From: the human T2T-CHM13v2.0 reference genome, Homo sapiens
Length of the DNA stretch: 64,000 nt
Assembly (NCBI RefSeq): GCF_009914755.1
Contig: NC_060928.1
Strand: one strand, 5' to 3'
The notes under the pieces are model-generated. The model ran no database searches. It was given only the letters and a program-made list of their open reading frames with translations, and was not told where the DNA came from. Shown in pieces: positions 1 through 13,576 of this stretch. Position 1 is the first letter of the stretch. Every line of letters starts with the position of its first letter. Both the position numbers and the translations under genes were made by a program.

Positions 1-1289
1 CGAGGCAGAGAAATGAGCCAAGCAGAAGAACCAAAGCTTAGGAGGACATTTTCCCCACCCACCTCACTACAACAGCGCACCACTCAGACATACCACGGTC
101 AAAGGCAGGAATCCCAGCAGGACACAGAACTCGCCGGAAAACCCTGACTGAAGTCAAACACCTCTTTCCCTAAGTGGAGGTGGGGAAGTGAAGGTTTGTA
201 CCTCTAATCCCTAACACAGTTCCTGCAACACAGTAGGAGTGCCTGAAACATCTGCTGCAGCAATGTTATATGTGAAAGCAAATTCTCTCATTGCAGAAGG
301 GCTCCTGGGTAATCAATCAAGTCCCCAAGTTCACAGTAACTTTATAAGCAGTTTTGTTAAGATCCTATTTGGTAGAACAGAATATCCAGTGTACTTACAC
401 CCCATTTGCCAAATGCCAACAGTTTTTACAAACATAAATAAGTAGATTCTTTTCAGAGCTGGACAACTGATACACCCCACTGCTTCACCCCCTTGTTGGG
501 TAAGTCCTTTCTGAAGGATGTAAATATACCAGCATGCTCCTGGGTTCATCGAAATCAACAGAAGTTTCCAGTTTGCAAAGATCCAAAAGAAAGGCTATAA
601 ATAGCAGCACATTCCTAAACCCAGCTTGGGGAACTAGCTCTCAACTGGATTTTCACAGGACTCCAATTCATCCCCAACTGCCAGATCCATAAGGGGACGC
701 TAAATCCGAGCTTACACAACCTCACCAAAGGCTACTGCCCAATTTCCACGTGGCTGCGAGTCCTAACAGAACTGTTCATGTATATTCCTTGCAAGAGGCC
801 AACCAAGAACTAGGTTAGAAATTATTTAAACTATGGGAGGAAGTCTAAGTAGCAAGGGCCAGAAAAAAACCATCAAATAGGAGGAAACACGCCATCTCAG
901 CCTGTCTCCAGTAGCAACGGGAAGAAATGGGGTCAAAGGGGTGCTCCTTTAGGAAATCAGTGAATTCCCTGAAGCTTACAGAGAGCTGGTGCAGGAAACC
1001 AGTCCTTGGGGAGCTAGATCCCTGGTTTCTGGGCACAACTGGCACCTGTCAGGGTTAGAAGTCCAGCCAAGTCATTTCTACCCTGCAGAATAGGACATAA
1101 ACTAATCACATGGGGAAAAAATGGGTGGTGCTGAGCTGGCTGGAGGGAAGCAAGGGCGTCAGAAAGGAAGACTGGCCCAGCACCCGACCAGGCAGAGGGA
1201 GAAAGAGAGATGGTGACTGATGCCCCTGTGGAGTGTTGGGGGTTTATGATTTCCAGATCCAGGGCCTCTAGGATGCTCAACTACTTTAC

Positions 1290-1740
1290 CACCAACTGCT
1301 AACAGCCACTAACCTTTACTGGAATTTTTACTTACATTATCATTTCTTATCTCTACAACTCTGAGATAGGTGTTAATATTAAACCCATCTTAGAAATGGA
1401 GATGATCAAGAACAAAGTATTGAAGCTGAAGTCACTCATCTGGGAAATGGCTGGGCCAACATTTGAACCAAGGTCTGTTGCACGCAGGGCCAACTCTGAA
1501 GCAAGACTACTCCCTATGAAGCATGGAAGCAAAAGCAGAAACTGGCTTTTTTCTTGGCTGCACTGTGTTCAATTTGTTTCCTAGCTGTGAAGCCCCAGGC
1601 AAGGTCAATTAGCATCTCTGTGCCTCAGTTTCCTCATCCATAAAATAATAATAGTTTCTAAGCCTTATATGAGATTACTAGGGTTTATCCAAGTTAAGAC
1701 TTGATAAATGCTAGCCATTATTGCTGTGATTATTATTATC
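1290..1740. mobile_element. MIR fragments (two, opposite orientation)
   Basis: MIR core-like motifs: aagtcac...ctgggccaacatttgaaccaaggtct and tctctgtgcctcagtttcctcatccataaaat. Confidence 0.55.
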
Positions 1741-2424
1741 TGTGGTAATAAGAGCAAAGCAGTTGCTATCCTCACCAAGCTCACAGCTCAGCTGGGGATA
1801 TAAAATCAAACATCCAGAAAAGGACAAGGAATCACATGAGCTGGGCTGGAAGGGGCAGTGTTAAATGTGGGGTGCAGAAAAGATAAGCCCTGGGGGTGAG
1901 TGAGCAGCGACCACACAGCACTGCTCAGGTGGTACCACAAGGCCAGGCAGGCACCCACATCCCCACATGCAAGCCAGTGTTTCTCTTCCTTCCAGGAACA
2001 GGAAGCAGATAATGACTAAACAGAGAACTACAAAAGTCCTAAACGAAGGGTTTTCCAATTAGTCACAGGTTAGGTCGGGCAATGTTCCTGCAAGACAGGC
2101 ACGTGGGCTGGCTTCTGAGAACATAGGAACTGGAAAAGGAAGGTGAGTAAATGTTGAGCTCCAAGGATCTGTCCCGGCTGAAGTCCCCTGGTGTGAAGTC
2201 CCCGCTACTGCTGTTAGAGAAAGGGCAAAGTAAAGGAGGGAGTAGGAAAGAAAATAAAGGTCACTTCAGAAAAGGCAAACGAAGGAAAGATTGAACAGAA
2301 GTAACCAGGAAAACCCTAGACGTAGGGAAGTCAATGTTAAAGAAGAGAAATGAATGTCACTAGCATGAAACCCAAACAAGAACTCTGAAAACCAGTAGCA
2401 ACCAGTGAGACACACAGAAAAAAA

Positions 2425-2685
2425 TACTATTAATAATAGTCACATATTGATGTATAATGTGTACAGTTACTATTTCAAGCATTTTTCAGATATTAACTCA
2501 TTTCATCCTTACAATAACTCTATGGGGTAGCTTCTATTATTTCCAGCCCCATTTAAAGATGTAAAACTACAGAACAGAGAGGTTAAGTAACCTATGCCAG
2601 GTCACACAGGTAGCAAGTATCAAAGGTGACTTTAATCCAGGCAGCCTGGCTCCAGAACTCCACACTCTGCTCCATTACTGCTGAA
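2425..2685 (-). mobile_element. MIR
   Basis: aactcatttcatccttacaataactctatg...cagagaggttaagtaacctatgccaggtcacacag...ccaggcagcctggctccaga. Confidence 0.7.
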
Positions 2686-3399
2686 ATGTGAGGGCTCACA
2701 GTTTCAACATTCAGTAAAAGTCCATGGAATGGGATTCTCCATAGCTCATCTCTATTATAGATACTACAGGGTTCACGTAGTAGAGTTAGAGAAGGTAGAA
2801 AACCTACAGATAATCATTATCCCTGTAACACAGCAATAAATCTACAATGACAGAATGGCATTTCCTAGTGAGTCAGTTATTAGGAAGAGAAGGTACATTT
2901 AAAAGTTACGTTCTTTCCAAGTCAATTTATCTTTTTTTTTAACCAAGTGCTAATTGTTAAAAAGTAATTCTGCTGCCATTTGTAAGATACAAAATTAAAA
3001 TGCTACCCTGATCTACATATAACACTGATGAAACAGTTGGTTACTTCTCAGAAATCCTAAACTTCCTTTGCACTCTTAAAACAATAGAAACACTTTGTAT
3101 GAAGGGATCAGATTTGTCATCACCCACTTTGTCCAAAATGATCTCAATTGTGAATGAAAAATGTTAAGTGAAAAAAAAACACATACAAAGCAGTATTTAG
3201 AGCTTAAATGGTCCCAGTTTTTATAAGAAAAAAAAAGACATCAAAATGTTATCAAAGTGGTAAGATTATAAGTCATTTTTTTTCTTTAGTGTTTTGTGTC
3301 TTAGCATTCCCCACATTTCCTTTTATTTTAATTATTCACAGTAAAATCACAAAATGTTTTTCAAAAAAGGGAGGAGGTATGCACAGAAAAAAAGGAACC

Positions 3400-5268
3400 C
3401 CCTCCCCCTCCCCCTCCCCCTCTCCCTCTCCCCTCTTTCCACGGTCTCCCTCTGATGCCGAGCCGAAGCTGGACTGTACTGCTGCCATGTCGGCTCACTG
3501 CAACCTCCCTGCCTGATTCTCCTGCCTCAGCCTGCCGAGTGCCTGCGATTGTAGGCCCGCGCCGCCACGCCTGACTGGTTTTCGTATTTTTTGGGTGGAG
3601 ACGGGGTTTCGCTGTGTTGGCCAGGCTGGTCTCCAGCTCCTAACCGCGAGTGATCCGCCAGCCTCGGCCTCCCGAGGTGCCGGGATTGCAGACGGAGTCT
3701 CCTTCACTCAGTCCTCAATGGTGCCCAGGCTGGAGTGCAGTGGCGTGATCTCGGCTCGCTACAACATCCACCTCCCAGCAGCCTGCCTTGGCCTCCCAAA
3801 GTGGCGAGATTGCAGCCTCTGCCCGGCCGCCACCCCGTCTGGGAAGTGAGGAGCGTCTCTGCCTGGCCGCCCATCGTCTGGGATGTGAGGAGCCCCTCTG
3901 CCTGGCTGCCCAGTCTGGAAAGTGAGGAGCATCTCTGCCCGGCCGCCATCCCATCTAGGAAGTGAGGAGCGCCTCTTCCCGGCCGCCATCCCATCTAGGA
4001 AGTGAGGAGCGTCTCTCCCCGGCCGCCCATCGTCTGAGATGTGGGGAGCGCCTCTGCCCTGTCGCCTCGTCCGGGATGTGAGGAGCGTCTCTGCCCGGCC
4101 GCCCCGTCTGAGAAGTGAGGAGACCCTCTGCCTGGCAACCGCCCTGTCTGAGAGGTGAGGAGCCCCTCTGCCCGGCCAGCCGCCCCATCCAGGAGAGAGG
4201 TGGGGGGGTCAGCCCCCCGCCTGGCCAGCCGCCCCGTCCGGGAGGGAGGTGGGGGGGTCAGCCCCCCGCCTGGCCAGCCGCCCCGTCTGGGAGGTGAGGG
4301 GCGCCTCTGCCCGGCCGCCCCTACTGGGAAGTGAGGAGCCCCTCTGCCCGGCCAGCCGCCCCGTCCGGGAGGGAGGTGGGGGGGGGGTCAGCCCCCTGCC
4401 TGGCCAGCCGCCCCGTCCGGGAGGGAGGTGGGGGTCAGCCCCCCGCCCGGCCAGCCGCCCCATCCGGGAGGTGAGGGGAGCCTCTGCCCGGCCGCCTCTA
4501 CTGGGAAGTGAGGAGCCCCTCTGCCTGGCCAGCCGCTCCCTCCGGGAGGGAGGTGGGGGGGTCAGTCCCCGGCCCGGCCAGCCGCCCCGTCCGGGAGGGA
4601 GGTGGGGGGGTCAGCCCCCCACCCGGCCAGCCACCCCGTCCGGGAGGTGAGGGGCGCCTCTGCCCGGCCACCCCTACTGGGAAGTGAGGAGCCCCTCTGC
4701 CCGGCCACCACCCTGTCTGGGAGGTGTACCCAACAGCTCATTGAGAACGGGCCATGATGACAATGGCAGTTTTGTGGAATAGAAAGGGGGGAAAGGTGGG
4801 GAAAAGATGGAGAAATCGGATGGTTGCCGTGTCTGTGTAGAAAGAGGTAGACATGGGAGACTTTTCATTTTGTTCTGTACGAAGAAAAATTCTTCTACCT
4901 TGGGATCCTGTTGATCTGTGACCTTACCCCCAACCCAACCCTGTGCTCTCTGCAACATGTGCTGTGTCCACTCAGGGTTAAATGGATTAAGGGCGGTGCA
5001 AGATGTGCTTTGTTAAACAGACGCTTGAAGGCAGCATGCTCATTAAGAGTCATCACCACTCCCTAATCTCAAGTACCCAGGGACACAAACAATGCGGAAG
5101 GCCGCAGGGTCCTCTGCCTAGGAAAACCAGAGACCTTTGTTCACTTGTTTATCTGCTGACCTTCCCTCCACTATTGTCCTGTGACCCTGCCAAATCCCCC
5201 TCTGCGAGAAACACCCAAGAATGATCAATAAAAAAATAAATAAATAAATATAAAAAAAAAAAAAAGAA
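3400..5268 (+). mobile_element. Full-length SVA retrotransposon (probably SVA_D), antisense to RELL1
   Basis: CCCCCT/CCCTCT hexamer head (3400-3436), Alu-like domain, GC-rich VNTR (~3815-4720), SINE-R, AATAAA and poly(A). Perfect 15-bp TSD AGAAAAAAAGGAACC at 3385-3399 and 5269-5283. Confidence 0.97.
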
Positions 5269-5589
5269 AGAAAAAAAGGAACCTGTTAAAAAAAATACCT
5301 CCCAAGTATAATTAACATTTATGTTTTCTTGCTGGAACTCTGGGGCATTTTTTTCTCTTTTTCTACTTTTTGCAGTTTCTAAAATGTCCTGATCATAATC
5401 GATAGTTTTTTTTTTTAACTGTAAGTAACAGTCAATGAGGAGCCATCATTACTATAAGGTTGAACCATATGAAATTGTCACTGTAGTGTCAGAGTAATAT
5501 TAATAGTGTAGACAGCGGTAAACCAGGATACTGGAAATCCCTTAGTAAAGAGACTACTAAACCTACAATCCATCATATTGACATTTTAG

Positions 5590-6066
<477 letters not shown>

Positions 6067-6444
6067 GCCCCACTAAATCTTTTAAAAACACTTTTGAGCC
6101 TTTATCTTCTAAATAGTAAACTATGCAATTTCAGAGAGATTATTCCAGCCCCAACGTTTTCATATTATGAGTTGGTTTTTCCCAATAGGAAAGACTTGTC
6201 TGTTCCATTTTTCCTAAACCCAGTTCTCCAACACCAACCGGGTGTCCCACAATTCAATTAAATTCTGATACCACCTGGCATTTAGTGCAGACTCCACAGG
6301 TTAAATACTCAATCCCACAAGACTGACCCCACTTCAGATGCCAGCCGCAAATGGGGTCCCCAGGCTAACTGCACTTCTGCCTAGGGACTACAAATTGGGG
6401 GCTTTCCATGACCCCCCTCAATAAGTTTGGCATTTTGCTAGAAT

Positions 6445-7075
6445 TATGAGAGGTGTTTGAACCAGAGTAACTCCATCTTGAATAATGGCTGGGTAAAATG
6501 AGGCTGAGACCTACTGAGTTGCATTCCAGGAGGTTAGGCATTCTAAGTCACAGGATGAGATAGGAGATCAGCATAAGATACAAGTCACAAAGACCTTGCT
6601 GATAAAAGGGTGTGGTAAAGAAGCCAGTGAAAGTCCACCAAAATCAAGACTCAATGAAAGTGACCTCTGGTTATCCTTACTGCTCATTATATGCTAACTA
6701 TAATACATTGGCATGCTAAGAAACACTCCCACCAGCACCATGACAGTTTACAGATGCCATGGCAATGTTGGGAAGTTACCTATATGGTCTAAAAAAAGTA
6801 GGAAGCCTCAGTTCTGAGAATTGCTCACCCTCTTCCTGGAAAACTCACGAATAATCCACCCCTTGTTCGGCGTATAATCAAGAAGTAACCATAAAAATAG
6901 CCAACCAGCAGCCCCGAGGGCTGCTGTGGAATAGCCTGTGGAATAGCCATTCTTTATTCCTTTACTTTCAATAACCTTGATTTCACTTTACTCTACGGAT
7001 TTGCCCGGAAGTCTTCCTTGCACGAGGTCCAAGAACCCTCTTCTGGGGTCAAGATCGGGACTCTTTTGGGCAACA
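6445..7075 (+). mobile_element. MER41B solo LTR (ERV1)
   Basis: Resembles MER41 from t(a)tgagaggtgtttgaaccagag to gggactcttttgggcaaca (~630 bp). Includes the MER41B-type segment with two GAS motifs. Confidence 0.88.
6812..6841. promoter_or_regulatory. Tandem GAS/STAT motifs TTCTGAGAA (6812-6820) and TTCCTGGAA (6833-6841)
   Basis: Both fit TTCN3GAA exactly, at the position of the STAT1 sites described for MER41B. Confidence 0.65.
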
Positions 7076-8370
7076 ATGACTCACAGAATTCAGAAAATCC
7101 CTACACTTATGATTACAGTTTTATTATGAAGCATACAACTCAGATACAGCCAAATGGTAGAGATTCATAGGGCAAGGTATGGTTGGGGAGCAGGCACAAA
7201 AACAGAACTTCCAAGCCCCCTCCAGGCACACCATCCTCCCAACACATCCATATGTCACCAACCCAGAAGCTCCTAGCCTCCTTGCTGCAGTTTTAACCAA
7301 GTTTTTATCACACAGGTTTGACTGATAAAATCACTGGCTGTTGTTGAGTGAACCCAATCTCCAGCCCCTTTCCCTTCCCAGAGATCAGGGATTGCAGCTA
7401 AAAGTTCTAACCCTGTAATCACATGGTTGGTTCCTCCGGCAACTAGTCCCCATCCCGAAGCTACCTGGGGGCCCACCAAGAGTCCAAGGATCACATTAGC
7501 ACAAACTCAGGTATGGTCTAAAGGAGCTCATTATGAGTAACAAAAAATGTTCCTATCACTCAAGAAATCCCAAGGGTTATTTTTAGGAGTCCCAGGAATC
7601 AGGGACAAGATCAAATATATCATTTGTATTACACCACATTGACTCAAAGTCAAGAGTCTTTACTCACTAATATATCAAGATGCAGCACTGAACCAGTGTA
7701 GAAAAGATCAACCTTCTCAATCACAGGTTTGTGGCGGCAACAGATCAACTACCATATGGTTCATGCAAAAGAATTCTCTTTCCCTCCTTCAAGTCTTCTC
7801 CATCCCTATCCCTCCCACCCACCCAGGAACTAAGATCCACCAGATCTACTTAGTTTGTGTAACTACTGTTTCCATAATATGTAGGCATTGGATGTATACT
7901 GAATTACTTTGAAGCTGGTTAGTTTTCCTTCCCCCAAATCTATTTCATCACATCATAAGAAATTAAGGGACTGAGAAAACTCACCAGAAGTGACAGAGAT
8001 GGAGCCCTTAGCCAAGCAGGATTTACAAATCATCCCAATGCTGATATGCATGGTTTATTTAGAGATTGCCTTAACACTGACAGTCCTCCAGACTGGGAAG
8101 GAGAAGTAAACAAGGACAAGACCCACAGTAGGGCCAAAAAATGAAAATATACCAACATACTTCCAAAATATAAATGTTTAATGGTTGAGAATTCAATAGT
8201 CTGGACCATGTGTGGTGGCTCATGCCTGTAATCAAGAATTCAATATACAAGCTGATTTGTATAATTTGAAGGTATTTACTCTAACTTAAGAAAAATACAT
8301 AATTAGCGAGCTTTAACCATTAATGAACACTCCTTGGCTTTCACACCACCAAGCCATCAAGACTATATAC

Positions 8371-8691
8371 TTTTTTTTTCTTTTTTTTTTTTTTTTTTTT
8401 TTTTTTTGAGACAGGGTCTCACTCTGTAGCCCAGGCTGGAGTGCAGTGGCACCATCACAGCTCACTGCAGCCTTGCACCTCTGGGCTTAAGTGATCCTCC
8501 TGCCTCAACCTCCTGAGTAGCTGGGATGAAAGGCACATGCCACCATGCCCAGCTAATTTTTGTCCTATTTTTGTAGAGACGGGGTCTTGCTATGGTTTTC
8601 GGGCTGGTCCTGAACTCCTGGCCTCAAGCGATCCTCCTGCCTCAGCATCCCAAAGTGCTGAGATTACAGGCGTGAGCCACCACACTAGGCC
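8371..8691 (-). mobile_element. Alu (AluJ-like)
   Basis: Reverse Alu with long poly(T); flanking repeat actatatact. Confidence 0.92.
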
Positions 8692-11019
8692 AAAACTATA
8701 TACTTAGCACTTACTTCATGATTCTCATTTCTCAGCACTCCTTAAACTTTGAAAAATTGTTTCTATCTGCATATCATATGGATTGCATTAAATCTATTCT
8801 GCTGCATAGATCCTATTTGTGTTACTTACAAAGGACTGTATTATGTTTGATGGCTCACCCTCTGCCTCCCTACCACCTACACTTCTGCAGATAAGGAAAT
8901 GGGAATGGCAATCTGAACTGCCCTGCTGACAGCACAGGGCCCTGTCTCCTTTCGGCTCAGCCTCTAGGGCTCTTCTATCACATGGAAATGCATGGGGGCC
9001 TCTTGTTGTCCCCTATCCTCCGCAACTACACAGTAAAGTGCAGTTTCAGGGGCTCTGTCGCCTAACCTCAGTCTCCCCTCTGCAGCCTCATCTCACATGA
9101 CTTCCACTGAGGAGTCTCTGCCACACCCAGTCTGCATTAACTTCTCTATTCCCACCTCCATGCCTTTGCACACAGGCTGTTTCCTTTGCTCAGCACACCA
9201 TTCCATACACTCCCTTTTAAGGTCCACTGAAAATGCCAAGTTTCAGGCTATGAATGAAGTCTTTTCCATCGCCCTTATCAGAAGGAAAGTCTCCCTCCCT
9301 TTGATCCCACACAGCACTTTGTCTGTAGTTCTCTGATTACACCAAACACATTCTCTACTATACTATAGTGATTTGTATTCATAGCTTATCTCCCCCTTCT
9401 CAATCACAAGTTTGTGGAGAACAAAAAAGAAGTTTGTTATTCATTTTACATACCTACATAGCACCTGACGATATCTCAAATAAGAGAAACCTCATTTTTA
9501 AATTAACTGCACACTGTACAGAATGATCTACAAGTTTTACCTGCAATGACTATTAAAAAGGGCTGAGTTGACAATCACGACTGTGAAATGAGTTTCACCT
9601 TCAAAACCCAGCTTCTTGGCTCTATCACATAGCTTTAAACAATATCCAATGCTTCCCTTTTTCTTTTGGTGGTTGTTCTGTGTTTTGCCTTTAGAAGGAG
9701 GATGGAAAGAACTGAGGAAGCAGTAAAAGCATTCAGGCCATACGAGCATATAGAACAAACTTGCAAAGAAAAATGAAGAAACGCCTGCTCATTAGCCATC
9801 TGCCACTTCACCAATGCCAGGAAATTCCGGGCAGCTGTTTTTTATAAAGTGGATAATTCACATAATTGTGTTGGGGACTTCCAGCTATGAAGAACTGTTA
9901 GAACATTTGAAAATTAGTGTTCCCAAGTTGTACTGTGATACAAAAGCCAGTGAATTCTTCAAACTTCCACCTCTTACAGGAATCTGAGAAAACCAGATAA
10001 TGTTTACATCTACGCATGGGGAAGGAAGGCTTGGCAGATTATTGGTATCGAAAGGAATTCTTTTTAGTTAGTTTTTAACCCTACCTGTCTTGTGAATGTG
10101 CTATGTACAGGCTCTTTGTAAGTCTTCAACCATGCAGCAAAATCCATCTAGCCACTCAAAGATTGGTAATAGCATAATTGTCTAATGTGTGTCTTTTCAG
10201 GAAATTGAAATTGATATGTTGTATCTCCCTCATGCCAAAATTTTATAAAAATCATTTCTAAGCCTAATGACATGTAAACTGAATTACCCCCTCCAAATAT
10301 TTACTCTAAAAGCAAGTGGACAATTTCTGTAGAATTCCTAAGATAATCATCTCCTGCTAAAAACAAAATCTACATTCAATTTATAAGATGCCTTTGTATT
10401 CTCTTTAAGAAGATGAACCTATAGTGAAAAAGCTCAAAAACAAATTAAATATAAAACTTTCCTTCTACTAGTGGTGCTGGGCACCGAATACCTGCAATTT
10501 CACATAATGCAAAGCACATTTGAGAACAATGAACACACACCTCACGTTGACTTCCCCTCCTCTGACTTGAGCAAGAAATTCCCCTTCTCTTCATCTTGGT
10601 TATTCCCTGTAAGTCTCAGTTTCCACATCTCCACAGAACAGAGAATAACATGCAACCTGCTCCACACAGTGGTTGCAAGAATTAAATTTGATCAGGCAAT
10701 CAAATATTTTGTACACATTTCATATGCTCAGCTGCCTCAAGAAGCTCTAGTTAGACAAAACAAACATGGTGGAAACAATTGCATGTAACTGAGGGCTAAA
10801 TAACATGGAAAAGATGCAACATGTATCCATAGACTTGTGGACAGTGTATTCACAGGAGGCAATAAAGGCAGTGAGAATACCTAGGAAATGTTTCCTGGAA
10901 ATGCTATCCTTGATCTCAGCTTGAAGGATGGTCAGAGGACAGGATACATACAGCCCCAAGAAGAGGAGAGGGGATTCCATCTACTCTTATCTCTTTCACT
11001 CCCCTGCTCACAGTTGATA

Positions 11020-11172
11020 CTTAGCCAGCATCACCTGGAAACATGAGAGTTGAAAAGCAAATCTCCAGACCCATCCCAGTCCTATGGACTCAGCACTCTC
11101 AGGTGGGGCTCAGAGATCTGTTTTAACCAGCCTTCCAGCTGGACTTCTGAACACTCAAGTTTGGGAACCACT
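11020..11172. mobile_element. MER5A-like hAT-Charlie DNA transposon relic
   Basis: cagcatcacctggaa...ggtggggctcagagatctgttttaaccagccttcc...caagtttgggaaccactg. Confidence 0.7.
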
Positions 11173-12846
11173 GCTGTTGCTTTGCTTGATCTTACCTCCT
11201 CTCTTCGGTGACCACAAGTTCTTTCCACCTGACCAACTCCTGCAGTTTTTGCAGCTGTAAATTTCACTTTCATTTCCTCCAGAGAGCATGCCCAACCTGC
11301 ACTGGAGTCTAGTTTGTCCATGCATGTCCCAACCCCAGCCCTAGGTTAGGTATTTTGGCCCTGTGTCATACTTTCCTTGACAAGGTACTCAGGGCATGTC
11401 ATTTTGCTTGTTTAATTGCCTTCCTGATAACCTACTAGCTCCATAAAGGCAGGTACTGAGTCTATTTTGTTCACATCACTTCATTCTCAGAGCCTTGCAC
11501 ACTGTAAGGTACTTTGTTAATACCTGTTGGATAAATAAGTAAATCAAAGAAGCCACGAAACAATTGGTTTTGAATAGTATAAAGTACTATAAAATCAGGA
11601 ATATGATACATATACAATTAACAGATGCATTTGAAGTACCGGTTGTAGAAACACAGCTGAGTTTAGTTTGTCTTTGAGAAGAGTTTCATGAAGAGATTTG
11701 GGTTTCGAAAATCTCTGCACTGAAAATGCTACCAATGTCACACCATATCACCTGATAAGGTAGTATTGATTGTTTGTTATTATCATTCTTGGCAGTATTG
11801 CTTGTTTGTCATTATCATTCATTTTTCCTCCATGACCAGATTTTTCTGCCTTTGGAGCAATTTGGCCCACAGAGGCTGGCAGACAAAACAGCCTCTCACC
11901 AGTGCAAGAGAAGGGCTGTGGGGAGGCTTACATCTAAGATTTGTGGGTGAATATTGGAAACAGTAACTCTTCACTTTATTATAAAGAAAAAGCTTTGGAC
12001 CAAGAGTCCTAACACCTGAATTCTAACTCTGGCTTCCTTCCTTCCCTCATTTAAATATTTAAATATTTACTCTATTCCGGGCCCTGTGCTTGGATCTGAG
12101 CCTACAATGGCGAACAAGACATACACGTAGTCCCTCCCTCACCAAACCTAAAGGTCTGCTCATCTGCTATGGGCTACAGCCACTCCTGACTCCTACAGGA
12201 CACCGAACCTTTCTGGGCTAGTTTCCCCATCTGCAAAGAGAGGGTGTTAATTACAAGATGACCATCAAAGTCCCTTCTGAATCTAAAATATGACTAAGAA
12301 TAACACAATTACTCCCATGAGTCAGTTAGCCAAAGTTCTTCCTAGTCCTCCTCATCCTACATCCAAGGAGCTGAGAAACCAGGCCCTTGAGCATGAGGAT
12401 CAAGGGCATATGTAGATCAAGGAAACCTGCCATAGGCAGCAAGGCTGGATCCACTTCCATAGACAGCCTAACAGAATGGGAAGAGTCCCAGAATGAGGAA
12501 AGACACTCACTTAAGTCCTGGCTGTGCCAGCTCAGTTTCTGCATCTGCTAAATAAAAGCTTGGAGGACACAGTCAAGGTCTCTTCCAGCCCTAATACTAC
12601 AGGACTCTGCTTCCTCCTCCTAAGAGTCTCATTCATTGAAACACTCATCAAAGAGCCACGAGAAGATGAACAATAAGCACTCAGACCCTGGATAATCACA
12701 AAGCATGTCATCATCAAATCTACATCAAATACTAAAGAAAAACTGTCACAATTTTGTGACTACACCTATAGATCAGCTATCTAAGAATAAACCAATTGGT
12801 GAATCTTCCAAAGTTCTTCCAGAAGAAAATGTCATGCTCTACCCTA

Positions 12847-13576
12847 CACATTAGGCCATTCTTGCACTGCTATAAAGAAATACCTGAGGCTGGGCACGGT
12901 GGCTCACGCCTGTAATCCCAACACTATGAGAGCCCAAGGCAGGTGGATCACCTGAGGTCAGGAGTTCCAGACCAGCCTAGCCAACATGGTGAAACCCAGT
13001 CTCTACTTAAAAATACAAAAATTAGCCGGGCATGGTGGCAGGTGCCTGTAATCCCAGCTACTCAGGAGGCTGAGGCAGAAGAATCACTTGAACCCAGGAG
13101 GCAGAGGTTGCAGTGAGCCGAGATCACACCATTGCACTCCAGCAGCCTGAGCAACAGAACAAGACCTTGTCCCCCCAAAAAAGAAATACCTGAGACTGAG
13201 TAATTTATTTTTTAAAAAAAGAGGTTTAATTGGCTCACAGTTCTGCAGGCTGTATAGGAAGCATAGTGGCATCTGCTTCTGGGGAGGCCTCAGAAGCTTC
13301 CAGTCATGGCAGAAGGCAACAGAGGAGCAGGCACATCACATGGCGGAAGCAGGAGCAAGAGAGAGTTGGGGGGGAGGTACCACACACTTTTAAACAAACA
13401 GATCTCTTGTGAACTCACTCACTATCGTGAGGGCAGCACTTCTCATGATGATGCTAAATCATTCATGAGAAATCTACCCCCATGATCCAATCACCTTCCA
13501 CCAGGCCCCACCTCTAATACTGGGGATTACCATTCAACATGAAATTTGGGCAGGGACAAATATACAGACTATATCA
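12847..13576 (-). mobile_element. MST (MaLR) LTR interrupted by an Alu
   Basis: cattaggccattcttgcactgctataaagaaatacctgag...gaggtttaattggctcacagttctgcagg...cagactatatca. Confidence 0.85.
12888..13182 (+). mobile_element. AluS inserted in the MST LTR
   Basis: Full Alu with short tail; TSD aaagaaatacctga. Confidence 0.95.

Larger units (their letters stand above)
6200..7638 (-). mobile_element. MER21-family LTR, interrupted by MER41B
   Basis: MER21-like segments ~6200-6444 and 7076-7638 rejoin across the insert (gctagaat...gactcacagaa); terminus ...tattacaccaca. Confidence 0.75.

Noticed and set aside
3495-5224. Cluster of overlapping ORFs
   Set aside because: All lie inside the non-coding SVA (Alu-like, VNTR and SINE-R domains).
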